DNA of 64,000 nucleotides, from NCBI GenBank assembly GCA_028534125.1, contig CM052828.1, positions 60,202,001-60,266,000 on the forward strand, given 5' to 3'. Below the pieces are notes generated by a model that saw only the letters and a list, made by a program, of their open reading frames with translations, ran no database searches and was not told where the DNA came from. Source of the stretch: Lama glama. Taxonomy: Eukaryota. The position numbers and the translations under genes are program-made. Shown here piece after piece: positions 38,284-48,929 of the stretch; the first letter of the stretch is position 1, and each line of letters begins with the position of its first letter.

Positions 38284-39051
38284 CAGTGGCAGCTTGACAC
38301 CAGCCCCGGTGGGGGTGTCCTCACCGTGGGGCTTGGCTGGCACTACAGAGCAGGCCTTCCCGACCCCCGACCGTCCTGGGGAGCCTGCTGCTGCGTACCA
38401 GCACTCCACTGCAAGAGCCCTCATCTTATCCTGGAGCTGGCGCTCACCTGTCCAGAGGATGTCCACTTGGTTTCCCAGTGTCAGTGTGGACTTGCATTGA
38501 CTGATGCCATGACCCCAGCCTCAGCCAGGGCTCCAGGACTCACACATTTCCCTCCCCAGCAGGCAGAAATTCTTTTTCTCCTCAGTCGAAACCCAGTTTC
38601 CTCCAATGTTGGGTCTAAACAAAGACCAGCATTTGACTAACAGTCTTTCTGAATTTCATAAAACCCTTTTATAAAAATGTTCACATTGCAGTTTTGAAAT
38701 GACTGCTTTCCAAAGACCAAGGCTGTTCCAGAGTAGCTTTTACTTCTCAGTGGGACTGTGGGTTTCAATTCTTTTGTATGTCTAAGAAACTGTAGTTTTT
38801 GTGGTATATGCATATTTTATTCTTTTATTGAAAAATATTTATAATAGTAATTAATAGCATATTCTGCAAAAAAGTGTTTAATATTTGCTGTAAAAGGAAT
38901 TATGGCTGTGAATGCATATTGCATTGTGATATTTTAAAGCAAAATGGAGAGTCCTATAGTTAAGACACAAGATAGCTTTGCATTATGGTTGATTTTCTTA
39001 AAGTGTTAAAATAAAAATTAAATCATACACATATATCATTTATAACAAAAT

Positions 39052-39207
39052 NNNNNNNNNNNNNNNNNNNNNNNNNNNNNNNNNNNNNNNNNNNNNNNNN
39101 NNNNNNNNNNNNNNNNNNNNNNNNNNNNNNNNNNNNNNNNNNNNNNNNNNNNNNNNNNNNNNNNNNNNNNNNNNNNNNNNNNNNNNNNNNNNNNNNNNNN
39201 NNNNNNN
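39052..39207. other. N gap (156 bp)
   Basis: Run of N. Confidence 1.
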
Positions 39208-39784
39208 GCTGGGTAAAGAAGGAAGCTCCTGATGATATAATAGTGTTTTCTGTAATGTCTGCTGCTGTTTAGGCTAGAAAGATATTTATTCCATTGAAAA
39301 TTCTTCTATTATGTTGTCTTAAACTTTCTCAAATATTCCTTTAGACTGGGTTTTATGTGCTTCAATTGAATCAAATGTAATAGTATTGAAAAAGTTTAAT
39401 CGAAGTCCCAGTGGATTTGTACATTAGAATGCTGTTCCCTTAACTGCTCCTGACAGGCATAGAAACACAAAATCCCCCCGCCCCCCAGTAATTAGTTTGG
39501 TATCATTTCAAAATATGAACAGTATAAACTTGAAAGGCACCAGAACTTGTTTTCTAAATACTTGGGCTGAAAATTCATTTAGAAGTTGAAGGCATTTATG
39601 TGGGTTGTATCAACTCACATAGGACTGATGTAATTATTCTGGTCTTAAGGTTTAAAAAGGTTTTGACTTACACACTTTGATTCAGCACATACATCTCATT
39701 CAGATGGTTGTCATCCAGTCAGTCATCACTTTAGAGGGAAAGCTTGGTTTCTGGAGTTATGTAGCTGAGGGGAGAATCTGTAGT

Positions 39785-40085
39785 GTGCATGTAAACAAAC
39801 GTACGCACATTCACACATACATACATACATATGAGATCTGTATACCTATTCAAGAAGTGTATTCACATGTATACATAATTATGAACATAAATGTTCATGT
39901 GCATGCACACAGACGTATAAACATGCACATCCATCAACATTTATGTACGCATTCACATATACATACTCAAGTACATGTGTGATCATTCGTACAGACACAG
40001 CCACACCGATACAGACCTGTCCATCGACACGTACATATTCATGAATATATGCACATTCACAGACGTAGCCACGTACACACAGAGA
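39785..40085. repeat. Degenerate CA/TA-rich simple repeat
   Basis: Recurrent cacatac/attcacat units. Confidence 0.75.
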
Positions 40086-40369
40086 CAGCTGGACGGAAAA
40101 GTGGTGTGTCTCAGGACTTGTGCCACCAAACTCAGGTCATAGTGTGTTTGGAGAAATCCGATGCGATGCAGCAGCTATGCAGATTTTAAGTTGGTGTGAG
40201 ATTAGTCGCGACTTGCTGACACACTCGGGCACCCGTCCCCAGTTTGATTTGTCAACGACCCTGTTAGTAAATTTACCCACAGCTGTGTTCTGCTCTCTGC
40301 TGACTTCCAAAGATTAAGCTAAAAATGTACAACTCATTCTGGATCTTTCATTTGTAAATTTGCAGCATC

Positions 40370-40950
40370 CTTTTAAAAATAAAACTTATTTTCTTATATT
40401 TAATGTAATTCCTGGTTATTATAACAGTGTGGAAAATATGGCAGAACCAGGATCAGCAGGAGCTCTTCGGCCCCGGCGGTGGTTCACGCAGCCGCAGCGC
40501 TCAGCCGGAACGCCCGTGCCTTCTCTTCCCCGGAAGCAGTTTTACAGCACTGAGGTCCTCCTGTAGTAGGGTTTTTATTCTGCCTTTCTTCTAGCTGTGT
40601 TGCAGCATTAGCATTTTCCCATGTCATTAAAATTCTTGGTCAGTTTTCAGTAACTGTAAAATCTCCCAGGTTTAGCTGCCATGAAACTCACCCCTCCCTG
40701 GCTCTGCTAGCTGGCAGCTAGAGGCTTTCCCTGCTCCGTGGTATTGCGGTTATCTCACAGTGAACACCCTTCAGTTAAGGAGCATCTTCTCAGACAGGAT
40801 CTTCAGAAATGAAGTTGCTGTGACAAGAGATACGAGCCCATCTCAGGTTCCTGATATATTGCCAAATTGCTTTCCCCTGAAAAAGGTCTGAACTTGGAAC
40901 TTGCTGTTGCTGTGTGAGCCCAGGTTTCACACTCATGCTTCTGTTGAACT
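40370..40950 (-). mobile_element. L1ME-type 3' end relic
   Basis: agcattttcccatgtcattaaaattctt...cagtgaacaccctt...agaaatgaagttgctg...tgatatattgccaaattgctttcc. Confidence 0.7.
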
Positions 40951-41863
40951 CGGTCAGTGTGGTGGTTTTTTCCATCATGCAGTTCTGTTCCACACTGACC
41001 CCAGTGTGAAACCCTAGCCTTGCGCTGTTGGCTTTCTCAAAGCAAGCACACCAGAGGCCTTTTGACTTCGTTGTTTCACAGATGAAACAAAGTACAAGTA
41101 GAAGTTCTGAGCATGGGGATGGCGCCGGAGGACTGAAGCTGCTGAGGAACACGTCCACCGGCTTTCCTCCCCTTGGTCTGCAGTGAGGGTGACATCGAAG
41201 ACCAGGAGAAGGTGGAGGGACGGTGTCGCAAAACGAGGGATAAAGCAGGAGCAGGGAGGAGGCCGCGTCGTCTCCCTGAGCTAGGAGCCGCCTCCGTCCT
41301 TGTGGGCTGTGCTGAAAAGGGAGGGAACTCTCAGGAGTGCACTGTTTAGGCCCTGGGGGCAGGCCCAGGAATCTGAGCTTGAACCAAGGCCCCAGGCGCT
41401 TCTGCGGACCCTCCAGTCAGCACCTCGGACAGCAGCCTGCCGCTCCTGAAGGGGGGCTGCTGCCTCCTGGCTGTGGCTGTGGCCCGAGGGGGTCCCCGTC
41501 CTGGGCCTTTCTGTGGTTTCTGTGACGCTATGTAAGATGTTCGGTGGGGTTGGGATGCCGGGGACAGTGCACTCCGCAGGCGCGTCACTCAGAATGGTTT
41601 ATGATGACAGAGCTGACACCTTTTTATGCAATTACAGTCCATACTTTTTCATTATTTTCTGCTTAGCTAGAGATCTATATACTTCCAGTTGATGGAGGAC
41701 ATAACATGGGAACAGTGAGTCTGTACAATGCATACGTGTGTATCCACCCACATTCAATACCTGTGCAGATAATACCTTATGATAATGTGGTACACCAGTT
41801 TTAATCAAAGCATCCTTTTGTCAGGGTGCAAAACTAATTGTGTTGTTGTGCGTTGGGGGGTCA

Positions 41864-41995
41864 NNNNNNNNNNNNNNNNNNNNNNNNNNNNNNNNNNNNN
41901 NNNNNNNNNNNNNNNNNNNNNNNNNNNNNNNNNNNNNNNNNNNNNNNNNNNNNNNNNNNNNNNNNNNNNNNNNNNNNNNNNNNNNNNNNNNNNNN
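41864..41995. other. N gap (132 bp)
   Basis: Run of N. Confidence 1.
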
Positions 41996-43224
41996 TCATG
42001 ATCCGCTGCTCCACACTGCAGGATTCTTCTTGACTAGTTAGGAAATGTAATTAATAAATGATAGGATTATTTATGGTTCACGGTGCCAGATTGGGAAACA
42101 CAGAGATACACAGAATGAGCTAAAAATGATTCTCCCTAGCAGCCAGCAGACTTTAATCCATGGATTGAATTGTCGTATCACTTGATGTAATGAAGTGAAT
42201 TCTGGGTGGAATTCATAGGACATTTCTGCACGTTGACCTTACTGTTCTGGGGGGCTGATGGAAAGCAGCCATGGTCGTTCCCAAACGGAGTTGCGGCACC
42301 GCGAGCCCTTCTTGGCCTGAGTGTGTCTAAGTAGTTCTCTTTGGTGGTGAGGGCGTGGAGGGTGGTGAAGGGATCGGCGTGCTATTGCCTAGAGTAGGAG
42401 CGCTCTCTGTAGAATGACTTCCAAACATAAAGTAGGACCCAGACTGGACTCATAACGAGAAAAGAAATCTGACATTCTCAACAAGTGTGGCTCCAGATTA
42501 TCAGATCGAAACATGTTCAGCCTGTGCTGTTTTCCCAAAAGTGATTTTTTTTGCATAAAAACAAACATTTATGTTTGTTTTCCAGGACTCTCGTGACTGT
42601 GGCACCCAGGGTGCACTTAGTAAGCACGTGTGTCCTTGAAAATGACTTGTTCGATGGGTGAGAGCCCAGAGCCCCACCCCACGTCCGCCCCCACCTCGTC
42701 CCCCCGCAGATGGTCTGGGAGGGTGGACAGTAAGCCGCAGGGCTTGCACACTCACATCAGCCCAGGAGCAGTGTCAGTGCCCACCCTGGGACGACCACGC
42801 CCGGGGCGGGGCTGGTCCCAGCAGCTGTTCCTTCAGGGGTGAGGAGTCTGGGCCCCAAACTAAGCGCTGTGTCCAGGGGGAGGCGCAGCCTGTGTGGACA
42901 CAAATCGGGCTTTGTTCTTGAGCTGCCTGGGGCGCTAAGCACTTCATCTAGGTGTTTTACCTTGTAACCCGCTAGCTACCCGTGAAGTAGGCCTGTTATT
43001 TATGTTTGTATTTAAATGTGGTCAGTAGGAGTAAAGAGGGGTGGGCGGGACTGTGAGAGAGAAGCAGCTGCAGCGCAGGTGGAGCCGCCTCAGCCGTGGT
43101 CCAGGAGGGCCCGACGGGAGGGCACTGCACCAGGGTTGGGAAGGGCTTCTTGCGGGCCAGCAGTTCTCAGCCCTTTCAGACCAGCACTCTCCCTCTCCTT
43201 GTGGGATGTCCCTGCCTGCTCTGG

Positions 43225-43358
43225 GCTAAGTAGTGCCCTCCCCCATTCACGTCCCTCAGGAGTTTGTGTGACTTTGCTTGGAAATTGGGTCTTTGCAGAG
43301 GTGGTTAGTTGAGATGAGGCCATGCTGGAATGGGGTGACTCTGGCATCCTTACAGAGG
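43225..43358 (+). mobile_element. MLT1C-like LTR 5' fragment
   Basis: tgtgactttgcttggaaattgggtctttgcagaggtggttagttgagatgaggccatgctgga. Confidence 0.7.
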
Positions 43359-44595
43359 AAAGTAATTTCTGCAAACTTCCACTTACTGTTGGAAAGTCAC
43401 AAGGGTGGGGCGTGTCTTCCTTAGATGGGGCTCTGAGGACGTCTGGACCATCAGTGTCCCTGGTCTCCACCGCCAAGCCCAGAGCAGGCTCCCCACCAGG
43501 AGGTCAGACCAGCCCACTGGTCTCCAAACGCCCTGGGCTTTCCCAGCTCCGCTGAGAACCACCGTCGGTACTGTCGATGGCGCCAGGGTACACTCCTCGT
43601 CCCGTGTGGGGCCATCTGTGGGATGCTGTGGGACTGGAAATCGTGGGTCCATTGGGGTGGAACCCGCAAGGCGGGACATGTGACTTCCTTTTGTTCGGGC
43701 GCAACTTTCGATTCCTTTGGGTGGGGCTGTGGTCGGGTAGAGGTGGCGGTAGGAGACTGTACAGCCCTGGGAGCGTTTTCCTGGCTCTGAAAAAGGAAGG
43801 TTCAGGCCAGGCAGAGGGACTCCCTGAGCTCCAGGCAGGACTCTCCAGAGGCGGGCTCCCGAGATGCAGTCGTGGGACTTGGGGGTCTGCAGGTTTTGGG
43901 CTAGATCGCTGCCTGGGTCTTAAATGGATGCTTGTAAAATCCCCTTTTGGGAGGAGAGTAGTAGACAGCTATACATTCTTCTCCACTTGGTTTTTGGGTA
44001 GGCGGCCGGGGGTGGCTGCGTTGAACGGAGCAGTCAGCTTCTCAGTGGCACCAGCTGCCACATGCCGAGTTCCCCTGTGGCACGCACGTTTATCGTCGGT
44101 TTTCTGATCTTTCCAATAAACTGGAGTATGACTATCGTCTCCTTTTTCCAGTTGAAACTGAGACCCAGAAGTTAAATATTTACCAATTCAAGGCTAAAAA
44201 TTTCTAAGTATCTGAGAGAATACCTCTGCCCCACTACCATGCTGTTTCTGCAGTGCTGCAGAATTTTCTGGCTCTTTTCTTGAGTAAAAATATTCTCCTC
44301 TGACAGAGCTAAGAAGCACAAATGCTTTCATGTCAGAAGAAGTTGCACTTACTGTTGAGTTGGTCAGGTATAAAGTGAATCAGACATAGCCTTCCATCCC
44401 TTCCTGACTTGTCAGTGCTTTCCCGAGTTTATTCACTGGCAGCTCTACCCAAACAGGAACAGCAGCTGGAGAAATAAAATTAGAGTAGTTACTGACATTA
44501 TATTGTAAAGTTCTCGTAAAATGGTTGATGGGTGATGAAGCATCCATGTGATAAAAACGGATGATTGGGAATTGATTTAGCCGTGCCCTTCCTGT

Positions 44596-44759
44596 NNNNN
44601 NNNNNNNNNNNNNNNNNNNNNNNNNNNNNNNNNNNNNNNNNNNNNNNNNNNNNNNNNNNNNNNNNNNNNNNNNNNNNNNNNNNNNNNNNNNNNNNNNNNN
44701 NNNNNNNNNNNNNNNNNNNNNNNNNNNNNNNNNNNNNNNNNNNNNNNNNNNNNNNNNNN
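44596..44759. other. N gap (164 bp)
   Basis: Run of N. Confidence 1.
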
Positions 44760-47009
44760 TTGGCAGCTTGAGAGTAGCACGTCACTGAGAGATGAAGGTG
44801 CTGGAGCTAATCAGGCTGAACAGCACTGACGTTTGCAAGAGGAGATTGCCAGTGTATTAGGATGGGGAAGATGTTCTTAAAGTTGAACAGATTCTTCTGT
44901 GAATTTAAAGGGAGAAAAAAACACTTAAAAGCACAATTAAGTTTTCCTGGAAGTATTTTCCTCCATGGAATAGAATTTTAGTGTCTGATTCCAAAATTAG
45001 TAGTTACAACACCGCTGTTCACTAAGCACCTGAGATGGGAGTGAACAGAAAGGAACAGTTTGAAAGTCTTCCGCTGTATATATTTTTTACTGAATTTTTT
45101 TAAGGTGGGGAAGGGTTATTCGAGTTTCATTTTTGATTTATCCAGCTTCCAGCTGTTACTTGGGTTTAAAAACCATCTAGTAGAGAGACACCTGTCTGGT
45201 CGCTGCCCGTGAGCTTCAGTGCCGGGGCGGGAGCCTCCAGTTCCTCCTCCGACATCGGCCAGTGCTTCGGTGGGGCCTCTGTTTTGATTTGGATGCTTGT
45301 TTTCGGGTAGGAGATTCGATTCTGCCAATTAAGGTAGAACACCTGCTTTTTCTCTGATTTTTCAGTAGATTTACATTTTGAAAAGCAAAGCAGGTGCTTG
45401 AATTCTGTGGCATTATAATGAAATGAAAATTGTCCATGTCACCAAAGGGATGGAAAAATTTCCAAAAGGAAGTTGAATTCATGAAATGTTATGAGGCTGT
45501 GAGACCAAAATTCCAACGTGGCTTTTAAGGAGAGACTCAGCTGGGGAGCCTGGTGGGAGAATCTGGAGAGACTGAGTCTTTATGCATTGACACCCTAGGA
45601 CTCGATGGATTCCCAGAAAGAGTTTGAGGGGAAAAAAAGGAGTGTCGGGGTGCAATTTTATGTAGTATATTTAATACAGCATTTTAAACGTACTGTGAAT
45701 AGCAAATTGTCAGGAACTCTTAGCAGCGCTATTATATCTGTGATTCTGGAGCCAGGAAGAGAGATCCATGGGAAATTGCGGCAATTACAGTTCCATCTCA
45801 TTGATTAACACCGATTGCAAAATAGTCACGAAAATATTGGCATTGCAGCTTCTGTCTGTTTTACCTAATAATGTTCATGCCAATCAAACCAGGCTTTTCA
45901 AAGGAAAGCATTAAAACAGCAGAGGCAGCCCATGTGCCCTCTCAGTGTGGCAGCTTAATGCACGTAAGGCGAACACAAGCACACCTCTCCTGAACGCATC
46001 TCTTTCCAGCGCTGATGCTGAATTTTCAATCACCATTTCTTGGCTTAATCACAAGACACAAAGGTAGTTAACTTTAAAATGCTGCATGTTTTGATATGTA
46101 AAAAGGCTGTCAAATGGGATAGTCCTGTTACATGTTACGCAGCGAGTCACTGGAAAGACAGAAACCTGAAACCAGATAATTTCTTCCCTGGAAAAAATAA
46201 TTAGTCCAGGAATTATGTTTCTATTTATATGTCTTTTCACCAAAAAATGAGAGGTTGTAGTTTGATGAAGTTTCCGAGCGTCTGAAAGTTGTTTACATTT
46301 CCTAGTGTTGTGCTGTGTTGTTTCACAAGTGATCTTGTTGCCTTTGTTATGCAGGAACTCTGGTTCCATCTTACCACGTTCTGCACCTTGTCCTGTATCT
46401 TGTTCTGTAACTTGTCCATGTCTTTATGCAGGGACACCTTTGGTCAAAGCAAAAACTGTAGATATAAAATTCAGCGCATTCTGCAAAGCTTTCCTTGCTT
46501 ATGTTAGTGTTCTGCCCAGCCCTTGCCCCTGTGTTTATGGTGAACCAAGAGTGACAGGGGTTGGGAAGATGGGAGACCCTTTCTTCCAGACCTCTAGACG
46601 GTGATTGTAGGGCACCATCAGCTCTCTGGAAAGACACCTCCTGAAGTTGCACATCCCCTAGATATGTTTGGTTGGGATGCAGGGAGAATGAGAGAAAGTT
46701 CTTGAAGACATTGTGGTAGCCACACTAGAGAAATCTCATCAAAACCCTCCAGTTTAGTTTGTTGCTGATTGAAAGCTAAGAAAAGAGCAATTGTGAACAA
46801 GAATTAAGCCAGTCTTACAACTATAAATTCATAAATTGCCAGTCCCCACTAAGAGGTTCGTGTGTACATGGAATCAGCAGTGACAGCACGAGGTATCCAT
46901 CTAAAGAGCCTTGGAGCCGGGGAGGCTAGCAGAAGCGCAGACAGTGGGTGGCGGAGCGCCCTCCATCCTTCAGCCTGCCCCTGCTCCTCTCCAGCTCGGT
47001 TACGTGGGC

Positions 47010-47200
47010 CCTGCAGCACTGTTCAGGCTCTTTGCACAGACTGGCTCTGGTGTTGTCTCCCTGTGAGGGAGGGGGCTGATGCTACTTTAGGGACACTAGA
47101 CTCAGAGAGGGGTGGTAACTTGCTAAGACCACATGGCCAGTAAGAGGCAGGTCTGGGATCCATGGCAAGGCTGTGTGGATCCATCTTCCATGACACACAA
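47010..47200 (-). mobile_element. MIR SINE
   Basis: gactcagagaggggtggtaacttgctaagaccacatggccagtaagaggcag. Confidence 0.65.
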
Positions 47201-47405
47201 GTGACTGCTGACTGGCGCCTTCCACCTGTAAGGTGTCCAGGGTGTACTGTGATGGTCAGCCGTACACCATTTCTTTAGCATTCAGGGCCAAGTGTTTCAT
47301 CAGAGATTAAGTCAAGCAAGTTGAGCTATTCTGAAAGATTTTGCTGGATTACAATACAGTTCGTTTTCAGAGTGAGTCTGGTCCGGAGAGTGAAATAAAT
47401 ATGTT

Positions 47406-48540
47406 AGCTGTTCTCAGATGTTTTGGTTCCAGAATCCCGTTACACTCCTAAAAATCACTGAGGACCCCCAAAAGCCTCTGTTTCTGTGGGTTCTATTCAC
47501 TGATACTGACCGTATGAGAAGTTAAAACAGAAACATCAGAAATTTTTATTTATTAACTTATTTAAAAATTATAATGATAAACCCATTCTATCAAACAAAA
47601 AACACTAGTGAGAAGAGTAGCACTGTTTTACATTTTTACAGATTTCTTTGATGTCAGGCGTAGTAAAGGCGGCTGTGTTTCCATGCTTGTTCTGCCGCCA
47701 GTCTGTTTCAATATGTTGTTTTGGTTGAAATACATGAAAAAAAATCCAGCCACACACAGCTATGTAGTTGGAAAAAGAAGTATTTTAACAACCTTTTCAG
47801 AGATTTTCAGATGTTCTTCTTTGGTGCGACACCAGAGCTCAACAAGCCAGAACACCTGCAAGGCTAGCTGCGGTGCGGCACCCGGGCACGCGCCCTCGGG
47901 CTTCCATGCTCTGCTGCGCCAAGCCCGCTGCTCTGTGAGCGGGCCTGCTTTACCCAAACGTGATTTTGTAGCACCGTGCAGTCATTGGTCATTTGAAAAA
48001 AATGTTTCCCTCAGTTGTGTAGGTCTTCCAGATGCTCCCAGATTCCATCATCCAATACTGAAAGATCATATTCGTTAAGAATGCCATCACCCATGTCGTC
48101 AGAGGCGTCCCTCGTACTGCCAGGGTGGCAGGCTCACCGAGGCCAAAACTAGTTCTGCAGCGTTTGATGTTTCCTTTGAAAGCTCACACATTTGCTTGGC
48201 AGCAGATACCCTCATTGTTTTCCCTGAAGTCACCGGGTCTCTTCTGTGTGAGTTTTTGAGAAGACGTCTGTTGGATACCCAGGTCCAAAGAGACACTGGT
48301 CTTGGTTGGTCTTGGACACTGGTGTTCTAGGGTAAAGGGTGGCTGGCGAGCTCAGACACTCGTCACATCTCGGATGCGGCTGAGAGCCCAGGAGGACCTG
48401 AGCTTTCGTTACAGTCCTTCTCCTCACTGCTTCAGCGGCAGGATGTTCCTCCTCTTGAGTTTTTAGCTCAGAGCACGTGGTGGTTAACAGTCCAGTGCCG
48501 ACCAGTGGAATCTGGTGTCAGCCTTGACTGGCACCAGGAG
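47406..48540 (-). mobile_element. Charlie1-family hAT DNA transposon relic
   Basis: gttctcagatgttttgg...ttacactcctaaaaatcactgaggacccc...tagtgagaagagtagcactgttttacatttt...tatgttgttttggttgaa...tatgtagttggaaaa matches the recalled Charlie1/1a end. The right boundary is approximate. Confidence 0.85.
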
Positions 48541-48586
48541 CCAGGGCTTTGCCTGCCTGGTGGGAAGAGAAGCTCCTTTCCTGAGC

Positions 48587-48929
48587 TGCCATGTGGGCTG
48601 AATTGTGTCCCCAGTAAGACATGCTCCACCTGACTTTATCTGGAAACAGGGTCATTGCTTATGTAATCAGTTGAGGTCACACTGGGGGAGGGAGGCCCTA
48701 ATCCAGTGACTGGTGTCCTTGTGAAAGGGAAGTCTGGGCACAGAAGAGACCCCAGGAGACGCTGTGGGGAGACTGGAGTCGTGCTGCCGGGAACCACCGG
48801 ACGCCCTGGAGAGGCTGGGGCAGACCCCCCCTGCACCTGCAGAGGGAGCGGCCCTGCCCACACCTCCCTCCCCGACTGCTGAGCCCGACCTGTGGTCCTT
48901 TGTTACTGCAGCCGCGGGACATTCCTGCA
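48587..48929 (+). mobile_element. MLT1B/C-like MaLR solo LTR (copy B)
   Basis: tgggctgaattgtgtcccc...tggaaacagggtcattgc...ggccctaatccagtgactggtgtcctt...tgtggtcctttgttactgcagcc. Confidence 0.9.
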
